NCBI GenBank assembly: GCA_963662275.1
Contig: OY759316.1
Coordinates: forward strand, 2,912,001 to 2,976,000
Direction of reading: 5' to 3'
Source: Candidatus Cloacimonadales bacterium
Lineage (GTDB): Bacteria; Cloacimonadota; Cloacimonadia; Cloacimonadales; DAONDQ01
DNA: 64,000 bases
Part shown: in pieces, positions 9,132-18,168 of the stretch
How the letters are laid out: every line of letters begins with the position of its first letter
Numbering within the stretch: position 1 is the first letter of the stretch
The notes under the pieces: model-generated
The model's database searches: none
What the model saw: only the letters and a program-made list of their open reading frames with translations
Told to the model about the DNA's origin: nothing
Translations under genes and position numbers: made by a program

Positions 9132-11567
9132 CTATTTATCCCATTGCTTTAAGTCAATTGGAGTCAGCATCAGGCATTTCTCGCCCTGGTACTGCTGCCA
9201 ATCGAGATATATCTTTTGAAGCATGTCCATTTCGGCTGGTAGTTCCACTTTGGGACCTAAAACACCAACGCCAATATTTATAGAAATGGCATTTCCATTG
9301 GCATTTGATGAATATTCAACCAGTTCAGCTTCACCTTTGCATTTGATGAGTTTCTTCATTTCATCCACAGCAGTCTTCATACCACCCAATTGATCGACTA
9401 AACCATTAGCTAACGCCTGGTTACCTGTCCATACGCGACCCTGGGCAATGGCATCGATCTCGTCAAATGTCTTACTACGACCGGTTGCGCAGACATTGAC
9501 GAACTTCTTGTAGAAGGATTCTGTCATAGCACGCATCATTTCAGTCTCTTCGGTTGTCGGTTTGCGTGTTGTGGAACCGAGATCAGAATGTTCACCATAT
9601 TTGATCGTTGACCAATTAATATGAATTTTCTTATACATGCGTTCTGCATGAAGACCAAGACCTGTTACACCGATGGAACCGGTGATAGTAGATGGCTCTG
9701 CAATGATCTTATTGGCAAATGCAGAAATATAATATCCTCCAGATGCAGCAGCACCGGACATGGAAACAACAACAGGTTTCGGGTGTTTGCCGGTCTTGCA
9801 TAATTTAACTTCATTGGCAATGATGTCAGATGCTTGTCCTGAACCTCCACCGCTATTCACACGCAGGATGATGCCATCGATTTCTTTGTCTTTACGGGCT
9901 TTCGCAATTGTTTCTGATAAAGTGACAGAGCCGATCGTTTTACCGGGAACGCTCTTACCCATCATAATATTTCCTGAGGCATAGATCACGGCAATTTTGG
10001 AACCAGGCATGATTGCCCAGTCATTTTTATAATAATCAGGAAGTTCCTTGGTCTTGTTCTTCCAACCGAAGTCTTTCTTCAAAACATCTTTCAACTGGTC
10101 TTCATAGATCAATTGATCCACAAGACCCAGTTCCACGACTTTGTCAGAATCATAATATGGTCCTTCATCGATAATCTGCTGCACAGGTTTTTTCAGCTTA
10201 TCGCCGCGTCCGTTCTGGATCATCTTCACATATTCCGCATAGAGATCTGATACGAAGGAAGAAAGTGCAATGCGTTCTTCCGGTGTCATTTGCTTTTCAG
10301 TAAACATATTGAAAGCTGATTTGTACTTATGGCTTTGATAGCTGACGAAATCGATTCCCAGGGTATCAGCCAATTCCTTGAAATATGGAGAATTGATAGC
10401 AATACCGCGCAGATCGATGGTACCAATGGGATTCAAATAGATTTTATCACCTATCGCAGCAGCGAAGGCATAACTCCCGTTTCCGATATTATCGAAATAG
10501 AAGACAACTTTTTTACCTTTTGCCTTGAAGGCTGTCAAAGCATCGATGAGTTCCTGGCGATGTGCAAAGGAGGCTGTAAAATTTGTATTCCTGAAAAGAA
10601 TCCCACCTATTTCAGGTTCATCAGAAACCTTTTTAATCGTCTTCAAGATATCCAGCATCGCTGTCTGTTTTCCGTCCACAATTGTGAATGGTCCGATCTG
10701 CATACCGCTTTTTTGATCAACGAGAGACTGTTTGATACCTAATTCATAATATACTGGCTTCTTCTTTCCATGAGTATTGTAACGGAACGCCTTGTCAGTC
10801 AATGAAACGTAGTCATAATAATAATTGTTGTTATCCTCTATGTGGTAACGTGAACCCGTTGCTGCTTTCTTACCGCGGAAGCTTAAATTCAAACCGTAAG
10901 TTTCGGTTTCGCTATTGTAGGAACCACCGAGCACTAAGCCATTGATCACTTCCGTGTTAGCACCGAAAATAGGCTTTTGTGATTTGTAATCAGCACCGTC
11001 TTTGAGGTAATTCATATCGGCTGTCAATTCAACACGATTGGAAACTTTCCCTTTCAGGATAAGCGGACGAATACCAACACCCATGCGATAAGAAGGTGAC
11101 ATTTCGTATGGATTGGAAAGGACGAAACCAAGGGAAAGAGCATTATGTGGTGCCCAGAGCCAGGAAGAACGAATATCACCATATTTCATATCCTTGTTTT
11201 TCCAATCATAGCCCATACCAATATACATATTGGGAATAGTCTTTCCAACTGAAAGATCACCACCAAAGGCTAGGGTGTTGTAATTCAGATGGTTGCTTTC
11301 CTTTTGAATCACATAAGCAAATTCACCTGTATTGATAAACACTGAATACGGATTCAGGTACTTGTCATCGCGATAAGGCTGAATAAATGTGATGCCTCCG
11401 CCGTTTTCACGACCCATTGCTGCAGGATTTACCAGCGGTGCCAGGTAATCATCCGTTGAAGCCACGGGTGCATCGTTATAGTTAAAAGAATGGAAAGATG
11501 TGCTTTGTGATTGAGCAAACACACATGTGAGGCTCAATACAAAAATCATAATTAGAATGTACTTCAT
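9132..11567 (-). CDS. sppA: Signal peptide peptidase SppA (protease IV, two S49 domains) with N-terminal extension
   Basis: LRVNSGGGS, SMSGAAASGGYY, TITGSIGV, GRVWTG motifs. Likely start MKYILIM at 11567 after an AAGGAG RBS; signal peptide. Confidence 0.9.
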   Translation of the reverse strand: MKYILIMIFVLSLTCVFAQSQSTSFHSFNYNDAPVASTDDYLAPLVNPAAMGRENGGGITFIQPYRDDKYLNPYSVFINTGEFAYVIQKESNHLNYNTLAFGGDLSVGKTIPNMYIGMGYDWKNKDMKYGDIRSSWLWAPHNALSLGFVLSNPYEMSPSYRMGVGIRPLILKGKVSNRVELTADMNYLKDGADYKSQKPIFGANTEVINGLVLGGSYNSETETYGLNLSFRGKKAATGSRYHIEDNNNYYYDYVSLTDKAFRYNTHGKKKPVYYELGIKQSLVDQKSGMQIGPFTIVDGKQTAMLDILKTIKKVSDEPEIGGILFRNTNFTASFAHRQELIDALTAFKAKGKKVVFYFDNIGNGSYAFAAAIGDKIYLNPIGTIDLRGIAINSPYFKELADTLGIDFVSYQSHKYKSAFNMFTEKQMTPEERIALSSFVSDLYAEYVKMIQNGRGDKLKKPVQQIIDEGPYYDSDKVVELGLVDQLIYEDQLKDVLKKDFGWKNKTKELPDYYKNDWAIMPGSKIAVIYASGNIMMGKSVPGKTIGSVTLSETIAKARKDKEIDGIILRVNSGGGSGQASDIIANEVKLCKTGKHPKPVVVSMSGAAASGGYYISAFANKIIAEPSTITGSIGVTGLGLHAERMYKKIHINWSTIKYGEHSDLGSTTRKPTTEETEMMRAMTESFYKKFVNVCATGRSKTFDEIDAIAQGRVWTGNQALANGLVDQLGGMKTAVDEMKKLIKCKGEAELVEYSSNANGNAISINIGVGVLGPKVELPAEMDMLQKIYLDWQQYQGEKCLMLTPIDLKQWDK

Positions 11568-11583
11568 ATTTTTACTCCTTTTT

Positions 11584-12522
11584 TTACTGTTGTATTTCAC
11601 GTTTTTGATAGATATAGGTTGCGATCACATAGAGAGCTGCGCAAATTAATAGCTTTTCCAGGATTTGCCAAGTGAAAAGCGTACTCCACATAGTGGATAA
11701 GAAATCTGCAGGGAGCCTGAATTGTGTTATATCTCCCATTTTCCCTTGTACTGCAGTAAATGCCCCGTATTTCTGCATTTGAATCTGTGTCGATAAATTA
11801 CCAAAACCTGACATAATGAATTTGAAAAATGAGCCAATAGGGGATGGTATTTTCAATCCCATAAGGTAATTCACGATCTGTGTGGCTATTTCAACTCCAC
11901 CTATTCCCAACATTCCTTTCCCAAAAGCGTTCGACTTAAATAATGAAGACAGGATAAAACAAATGGAACCAAGCAGCAGCAAGGCTACACTGATATGCAG
12001 GAAGCTAAGGATTAATCCGTTTAATGACATCCACCAATCGACACGAAGCGGAGTCGCTATGGTAGAAACGATATTCACTACGATCATGTTAATGAATCCT
12101 AGCGCAAAAGCTACAGCAAGTGAACCGATAATGCCAACCAGGTATCTTGAACCGGTAATCTGCCATACTGATACAGGCTGGGAACGATGGAACAGTTCAC
12201 ATTTATGCTGTATATCATGATTCAGTAACGTTGAACTGATCACCACCATGGAGATACCCACAACAACCCCAAAGAAACTCATGAACATGATTGCCTGGAT
12301 GGAAAAGGATATCATGGAATGAAAATCCATATTCGTAAGGAATGGTGCTGGAATATCAGCAAAATTCATATTGAAATTTGCATTTCCACCTGTATGCAAT
12401 TTGGCATAGATATATGCTGCTATCGAAAAAATGTAGATTCCTGCAAGAATATATACAGGTACAACCAAACCTTTTTTAGTAGTCCGATAGTCTTTTAAGA
12501 GTAAAGCTTGTAATGGACTCAT
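11584..12522 (-). CDS. ABC transporter permease
   Basis: About 6 TM segments and an FHRSQPVS motif. Likely start MSPLQALL at 12522, overlapping the ATPase stop. Confidence 0.8.
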   Translation of the reverse strand: MSPLQALLLKDYRTTKKGLVVPVYILAGIYIFSIAAYIYAKLHTGGNANFNMNFADIPAPFLTNMDFHSMISFSIQAIMFMSFFGVVVGISMVVISSTLLNHDIQHKCELFHRSQPVSVWQITGSRYLVGIIGSLAVAFALGFINMIVVNIVSTIATPLRVDWWMSLNGLILSFLHISVALLLLGSICFILSSLFKSNAFGKGMLGIGGVEIATQIVNYLMGLKIPSPIGSFFKFIMSGFGNLSTQIQMQKYGAFTAVQGKMGDITQFRLPADFLSTMWSTLFTWQILEKLLICAALYVIATYIYQKREIQQ

Positions 12523-13364
12523 GAGCGACCTCCTACTTTGGCAAGGAACAGATCTACAAGCTGTGGTGCCGAATATTCTGCTTCCGGGACATCGATCTCT
12601 TCTGTAACGAGGGCATGGACATATCCCAGTCCTTCCCAAACCTGTAACGGATTATGCAGCATCAGGGCTGCCATATGTTCCCTTGGGACTTTCACTTCCT
12701 TGTATTTCTGTTTCAAAACTTCAATATCTTCAAACAGGACTACTTCTCCCTCATCAAGGAAGATAATGTCCTGGAGAATATGTTCCACTTCATCCACCTG
12801 GTGGGTTGAAATGATTATCGTTTTCGATTCATCAAAGAACTCACCGAGAATAGTATTGAAGAACTCCTTGCGGAATACGATATCCAGCCCGATAGTTGGC
12901 TCATCCAATAAGAGGAATTCCACATCGAGTGATAGAACAAGTAACAGGTACAGCTTGGTCTTCATACCTTTGGAAAGGTTTTTGACCTTCTGCTTCAAGG
13001 GCAGGTCACTCTTTTCCAGAAGTGCATCTGACTTCTGGTCATTCCAACTGGGATTGACACCTTTCACATACTGGATGGTCTGGGCAACGGTAAGTCTGTC
13101 ATCAAGGGCACTGACATCCGGGATGAAAGCAATCTTCTTGAATAAAAGTGTGTCGTTATGTTCGATAGTAGTTCCATGATAGAGAATCTCTCCCTGGTAT
13201 TTCAGGAAACCTAACATGCAGCGCATGAGTGTTGATTTCCCGGCACCGTTCTTTCCTAAAAGACCGATAATGCGTCCCTGGGGTATCTCAAGATTTACAT
13301 CCTTGAGTGCCTGTAATTTTCCGAAGTTCTTGTTAAGGTTCTTAATCTCCATGATTGCTGTCAT
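12519..13364 (-). CDS. ABC transporter ATP-binding protein (YtrB-like)
   Basis: GKNGAGKST, LSKGM, LLLDEPT, STH motifs. Confidence 0.95.
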   Translation of the reverse strand: MTAIMEIKNLNKNFGKLQALKDVNLEIPQGRIIGLLGKNGAGKSTLMRCMLGFLKYQGEILYHGTTIEHNDTLLFKKIAFIPDVSALDDRLTVAQTIQYVKGVNPSWNDQKSDALLEKSDLPLKQKVKNLSKGMKTKLYLLLVLSLDVEFLLLDEPTIGLDIVFRKEFFNTILGEFFDESKTIIISTHQVDEVEHILQDIIFLDEGEVVLFEDIEVLKQKYKEVKVPREHMAALMLHNPLQVWEGLGYVHALVTEEIDVPEAEYSAPQLVDLFLAKVGGRS

Positions 13365-13737
13365 GTGCTTCCTCCGTAGTATACGTGGTTTTTATCATAT
13401 TTATAAATTCATTAAGAGTAATACCAAGCTGTTTTGCCTTATTAACAAAAACTTTTAATTCATAGTCAAGGAATTCTGTCACTTTTTTCCTCCTTAATTC
13501 GGATAATGCGTCTTTTGCGACGTAAAAACCAACGCCGCGCTGCTTTACTAAAATGCCATCATCCACCAATTCCGAGATGGCTTTCGAAACTGTGAGTGGA
13601 TTAATTGCGTATTGCTGTGCCAGCACTCGTATCGATTGCACCATTTCCTCTTCTTTCAAGACACCTGAAAGAATGGCATCCTCCACTTCCGATCGCATCT
13701 GCAGATAGATCGGCGTGGTATCGTTGAACTTTTTCAT
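13342..13737 (-). CDS. GntR-family (YtrA subfamily) transcriptional regulator
   Basis: PIYLQ...SIRVLA...INPLTVSKA..EL...G...RGVGFYV wHTH with a short C-terminus; heads the ABC operon. Confidence 0.92.
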   Translation of the reverse strand: MKKFNDTTPIYLQMRSEVEDAILSGVLKEEEMVQSIRVLAQQYAINPLTVSKAISELVDDGILVKQRGVGFYVAKDALSELRRKKVTEFLDYELKVFVNKAKQLGITLNEFINMIKTTYTTEEAHDSNHGD

Positions 13738-13756
13738 AGCACCTCCTTTGTGTTGG

Positions 13757-13795
13757 TGTCATAGTCAAGTAATACAGTACTACAAAAACAGTCAA
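13757..13795 (-). promoter_or_regulatory. Putative promoter with YtrA-type operator
   Basis: Minus-strand TTGACT, then the imperfect palindrome TGTATTA-N6-TATGACA upstream of a GGAGG RBS. Confidence 0.5.
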
Positions 13796-14072
13796 GTTTT
13801 ATTTGAAAAAATATCTGTTTTTTTTTGAATACCCCCCTACCCGAGGGGGGGATTAAGGGGGGGTTGAAATCTGATCTGAGCTATTTGCTATTCCCTATTA
13901 GCTATTCCCTTCTTCAACAGTATCAAGGTTTCTTCAATAACTAAGAAGATCGAAGAGACCATGACAGTTAAAAAAGGTGCCAACCTCTTCAATATGAAGA
14001 ATAAATATATTGTCTTTATTCGAAATTTGGTCTGAATCTAGTATATCACAAAAAAATCAGTAAAAATATCTA

Positions 14073-14885
14073 TTACCTTAATCTATCATTTTGCATCGGG
14101 TGTTTCAGCATAGTAGAGCTTAGTCCAAATCCACTTCTCTTAGTCTCGTTGGTAGCTTCGGTGCGTGCGATAGTACATACAAGATTGTTTTGATATTCAG
14201 TAAAATTATACTCTGCAATTCTAATGATATAGTATAACCAATTCTCTACATTAACGCTAGAGGATGGTATTGAGTATGATCTTGCTGATCGAGGTACAAC
14301 AGATGAAAAATAATCATCATAATCAGAACTAAATAACCAAATTTCTGCTGTTTGTGTATGGCTATCTTTGTTTACATCCCAAGTAAGCGGAATTGCCTGA
14401 TTGGGATCAAGATTACTGGGAACTTGTAAATTATGTGGAAATTCCGTTACTGCAACAGAACAATCTAGCAAAACAATCTGGTTCCTTTTAAATATGACAT
14501 GAATTGAGGGTGTTCGATCCAAAGGTACAACATTATCATCATTGAAATCTAACAAAACCTGATTATCTATACTTGAAATAGAAACAGGAACTGATACATC
14601 ATTCAATACCAATTCGAAAACATCGTCTGCAGTAATATTATGTTCATTAATATCATTCGAATTGTTATTGGGAGCATGTGGAAATATATACATCATTGAC
14701 TTGTCCTTGGCAGATTCATGGATGAAAAGCTCTAAATCCCAATCATGAGAATTTACAAAATCTAAAAATTCTGTTAAGTTCGCAAAGTTGTATTTCCCGT
14801 TATTTTCATCATTAGCAGAGTCTTTATTACAAGCTACAAAGAAAAGCGATATACAAAATACTAAAATCATTATGACTAATCTCAT
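14073..14885 (-). CDS. Hypothetical lipoprotein
   Basis: Likely start MRLVIMIL after AGGAG; hydrophobic stretch ending in the lipobox-like FVA-C. Confidence 0.7.
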   Translation of the reverse strand: MRLVIMILVFCISLFFVACNKDSANDENNGKYNFANLTEFLDFVNSHDWDLELFIHESAKDKSMMYIFPHAPNNNSNDINEHNITADDVFELVLNDVSVPVSISSIDNQVLLDFNDDNVVPLDRTPSIHVIFKRNQIVLLDCSVAVTEFPHNLQVPSNLDPNQAIPLTWDVNKDSHTQTAEIWLFSSDYDDYFSSVVPRSARSYSIPSSSVNVENWLYYIIRIAEYNFTEYQNNLVCTIARTEATNETKRSGFGLSSTMLKHPMQNDRLR

Positions 14886-15025
14886 TATTATCTCCTGTAC
14901 ATTTACTATATACACATGAATATTTGTTCATTTTGCATTGTCAAGTAATAAATAATCCAGGGATAATTCTCTTACCGAAGCGGATAATGAAGGGCTACTT
15001 TCGAACTTTACATGAACGCTAATAG

Positions 15026-15091
15026 TTTGGAGTTCAAATTTCCATCTAATCACCTACGACTTCTCAAGTAATAGGAAATTCGGACTTCAAA
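15026..15091 (+). repeat. GGAGTTCA...GGACTTCA hairpin family, copy B
   Basis: Inner stem AATTTCC/GGAAATT, 30-nt loop. Confidence 0.8.
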
Positions 15092-15107
15092 ATCGACATT
15101 TCTTTCC

Positions 15108-15190
15108 AGGAAGCGAAAACCTGATAAGCGGGTGATGTCCGAAACGCACGGGGTGCATTTTGCCACCTCACGGGGTGAGGCGTTCCGGTC
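15108..15190 (+). repeat. Twin-hairpin repeat (AAACGCAC-GGG-GTGCRTTT, CCTCAC-GGG-GTGAGG)
   Basis: The 50-nt core at 15141-15190 recurs at 24486-24535 and, truncated, at 48979-49003; each is preceded by AGCGAAAAC. Confidence 0.8.
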
Positions 15191-15221
15191 TTCTCTGCCA
15201 ATTCGTAATTCTTAATTGCTC

Positions 15222-16193
15222 TCACTCCTCTTTCAAAGCTACTTCATAAACACTAATCGTTTTGTCATTATAATTACAGGTTATCAGTCTGTTTCCAATG
15301 ATATCGACAATCCCTGATTTATTGAAATTCTCCTTCAGCAGAATAAATAGTCCCGTTATTTTATGTCCAAGAGTATCATAGACAGCTGCTGTTGCTGTTG
15401 GCTTCCAGGCATTGTTGACGGTATTGATTATAACAAAGTTCTGACCCGTAAATAACTGGTTCAAATGATCATTCCGGTGTCTTTTAATTGTGGATTTCCT
15501 CTCCCCTGTCCCTGCAAAGAAGCGTAGTAAATAGCTATCCTTCTTTTCCTCCACCATTGCCATTTGACTGTCCTTATTTGTATCTAGCAGGAAACCCCAT
15601 GAGAAAAAGCCTGCTTTGTTGCCTGTTCTCTCAAAAGATATTTTCCGCAAAGGCCATAACTTTCCTTCATATTCCCTGTACCAGGTCATGGAAGTGGTGA
15701 TTATTTCATTATTTGGCATACCAGCTTCAAGGATTCTCCAGTATCGATAATACATGGTACTATCATAATCTACTGCATCTCCATAAACTCCATCAGGAGA
15801 GAAGTAAGTGCTATCATCCAGAGTTCTTAACTGATTCATTAATTTACCCTGGATAGAAAATAGATTGATTCCTTCATAAGAACTCATTGCGATTTGTTTT
15901 TTACCATACAGATATCGAAACAGTAGCGGTTGCCTTCTGGTATAATCTACAGGTAAGTGAAAAGCATCTATACTGTTTCCCTGATAATCATAACAGAATG
16001 TCTTGATTTGAGTAGAATCAGCAGTATCGAGTACAATGATGATCGTATCGGCAACGCAGATTTCAGTGAAACTGGGATCAAAAGCAACTTCCTTTGCACT
16101 GAAAGTATTAATCAGTTTGGTTTCAAAGACAGGTTTTGAGAAAAGAAGTATGGATATAAAAATCCAGATCAAAGAAAGAACCAGCTTTTTCAT
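15222..16193 (-). CDS. Secreted hypothetical protein, possibly beta-propeller
   Basis: Signal peptide MKKLVLSLIWIFISILLFS; repeated (Y/F)D..G/FS..GK blade-like motifs. Confidence 0.6.
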   Translation of the reverse strand: MKKLVLSLIWIFISILLFSKPVFETKLINTFSAKEVAFDPSFTEICVADTIIIVLDTADSTQIKTFCYDYQGNSIDAFHLPVDYTRRQPLLFRYLYGKKQIAMSSYEGINLFSIQGKLMNQLRTLDDSTYFSPDGVYGDAVDYDSTMYYRYWRILEAGMPNNEIITTSMTWYREYEGKLWPLRKISFERTGNKAGFFSWGFLLDTNKDSQMAMVEEKKDSYLLRFFAGTGERKSTIKRHRNDHLNQLFTGQNFVIINTVNNAWKPTATAAVYDTLGHKITGLFILLKENFNKSGIVDIIGNRLITCNYNDKTISVYEVALKEE

Positions 16194-16285
16194 AATCTCT
16201 CCAAATTAGATTGTACAAAGTACTTACATGTGGTATCAGAATGAGAGGAACTATACATTCTACGCTTAAATGGAAACAATTTCAT

Positions 16286-16582
16286 TTACTCTGCAACTTT
16301 GTCGGGTCGTTTCTTAGCATTTTCTACCTGAACTGAATAATTTTCCTGATATTCAAATCCGAAATAGACATCATAGATGTTATTCTCAACAAAAAAGCTG
16401 TAGAATAACTCGCCAGCAAACTTTTCAAATTCAGGATTCGAAAATTCATAATCACTTCTATTATGACATATCTTTGTAGTTTGCGTTACTTCGTTATCCT
16501 GGAGCCATAAAAGCATATCAGGATATTGTGCTTGAAGGTCTTTCATAAATGAATCAATTAGCTTCTTTACTTCTGGTTTCAT
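16286..16582 (-). CDS. Small acidic hypothetical protein coupled to the HEPN gene
   Basis: ATGA overlap with the upstream HEPN stop. Confidence 0.65.
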   Translation of the reverse strand: MKPEVKKLIDSFMKDLQAQYPDMLLWLQDNEVTQTTKICHNRSDYEFSNPEFEKFAGELFYSFFVENNIYDVYFGFEYQENYSVQVENAKKRPDKVAE

Positions 16583-16995
16583 CTGATCTCCAATGTTAGA
16601 ATGTTAGGAATCAAACCACCTTCAACAAGTTTTGTTAGAATACAATTGTATGTATTCCTGAATTTGTTCTGATAATCAGAAAAAGACATTAATTTGTCAT
16701 TGAAATAATCCGCTTGAACTCTCATTTTTACTAAATCATTGATGTAATGAATATACTGATAGTATTTTCTATCCATTTTCTTAAGTTCAGCTAATTGCTG
16801 TAATTCCATAGTTAATTTGTGAGTCCCACCAATTCTGGCATCTGGAAAATACAGATGATTAATCTCTAATTCAGATATCAACCGATTATGTAATGAATAA
16901 TAAAATCTACTTACAGCAACATCATAACATTTCTCATTTTCTGCATACTGAGCAATATGGAAATTTTGTTTACTTTTTTCAGTCAATACACTCAT
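16579..16995 (-). CDS. HEPN domain protein (UPF0332-like)
   Basis: AVSRFYYS, TH and MRVQADY motifs. Likely start MSVLTEKS at 16995 after GAGGGAG. Confidence 0.7.
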   Translation of the reverse strand: MSVLTEKSKQNFHIAQYAENEKCYDVAVSRFYYSLHNRLISELEINHLYFPDARIGGTHKLTMELQQLAELKKMDRKYYQYIHYINDLVKMRVQADYFNDKLMSFSDYQNKFRNTYNCILTKLVEGGLIPNILTLEIR

Positions 16996-17172
16996 AGAAT
17001 ATACTCCCTCTATAAAAATAGACAATGATACATTTCAAACCTAGCTGTCAATAAATTCGTTTTGACCATACTTTGTCATCGTGGCTTCTGACACCAAACT
17101 TCCATCTTCCATTCTGCAAGCTCTGCCTACAAGCTATCAGCTATAATCTTATGTATACCAATTCATAATCTT

Positions 17173-17197
17173 GTCATCCTCGATCTGATCGGGGATC
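17173..17197 (+). repeat. GTCA-footed palindrome (REP-like)
   Basis: GTC-ATCCTCGATC-T-GATCGGGGAT-C. Confidence 0.5.
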
Positions 17198-17295
17198 GTA
17201 ATACGTAATTTACCCAAGCTTCGTACTTCGCACTTCGAGAGAGTTAGACTTCTCTGCGATGTCACTAAACTGCGTTTTAAATCATTGATAATATG

Positions 17296-17412
17296 TAGAG
17301 CAGGACATTAAGATCGGTATCTTACTCCACACAGATAGCAGGACGGCATCCTACTCTACAACCGCGTAAATGCGGAGCTACAACAGGCAGCAGGATCGGC
17401 GTCCTGCTCTAC
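17296..17412. repeat. Cluster of GTAG-type REP-like palindromes
   Basis: Minus strand GTAG-AGCAGGA-CGCCGA-TCCTGCT and GTAG-AGTAGGA-TGCCG-TCCTGCT, plus degenerate copies. Confidence 0.7.
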
Positions 17413-17462
17413 ACTATTGCAACAGTGAAGTTTTGGCTGATATCCACAGCCCAAAAGAATAT

Positions 17463-17678
17463 TCAAATGAGATATTGGGAGTAGTTCTCCGTGGTGACAG
17501 TTTGTAACACTGCATTGGGATAGTGATTTAGGAATCCTTTGAACTTACCGGCTTTCCGAGGATTCCACTTTATCTCATAAGCTGTGAGCTTGTTATCAGC
17601 CAGTTCGAGATAGTCTATTTCGCTACCGGTAGTGGAACGCCAGAAGTACTCTTTGTGGTATAATCTGAAGTGTCTGAT
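17463..17678 (-). pseudogene. C-terminal relic of an AAA_14/DUF4143 ATPase gene
   Basis: Manual translation: RHFRLYHKEYFWRSTTGSEIDYLELADNKLTAYEIKWNPRK...FLNHYP...YSQYLI*. No start codon or N-terminal part. Confidence 0.75.
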
Positions 17679-17843
17679 GTCAACAGATATATGGCTATAT
17701 TTTAGATTATAATCAAATAATAATGGCTTAATAGTAGATTATACTCTACATTTTAGCTGTGCAACCTTTGTTGGTGTTCCTCTTGATGACATTTGAGAAG
17801 TTATGGCGGACAAAATGCATACGGATGGCTCTCCAATGAGAAG

Positions 17844-17893
17844 CTAATCAGCACCTAATCAGATCCTAATCAGTTCCTAACCAGCTCCTAAAG
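17844..17893 (+). repeat. 11-bp-period repeat (CTAATCAG core)
   Basis: Cores at 17844, 17855, 17866, 17877 and 17888. Confidence 0.75.
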
Positions 17894-18100
17894 TATTTTA
17901 GATTTTCTTTAGCTTCTGATTAGCTGATGTTCCTTTCTTATGACTTGGATATTTAGTAGCCATGAGGGAGCGGTATGATTTGGGTGACAACAATGCAGTC
18001 AGGTACTGACGACAGGTAATAACGCTCGGATTTTAATCAGGCGAAATGTGCACAGCAGAAAACCAAGTACCCCTGTACGCTATAGATAGTAGTTATGTGT

Positions 18101-18168
18101 CGTCCTGATGGGACTGGACGCGTTGCGAATGCTCATCACCGGATTGAAATCCAGTGTTAATATCTTTC
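18101..18168 (+). repeat. CGTC-type REP-like unit (continues at 20062-20128)
   Basis: GTCCTGATGGGAC-N17-CTCATCACCGGATTGAAATCCAGTGTTAWTATCTTTC; the downstream part of the unit recurs after the IS. Confidence 0.75.

Noticed and set aside
12538..13179. 213-aa plus-strand ORF and other short overlapping ORFs in the track
   Set aside because: These are antisense or alternate-frame shadows of well-supported genes, with no recognisable motifs.
15113..15165. Hammerhead-like CTGATAAG...GAAAC-stem
   Set aside because: The core deviates from CUGANGA, stem I does not form, and the other two copies of the repeat lack the CTGA segment.
17618..17631. TTTCGCTACCGG matching the head of the twin-hairpin repeat
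   Set aside because: It lies in frame within the DUF4143 relic (TGSEI), so the match is probably coincidental.
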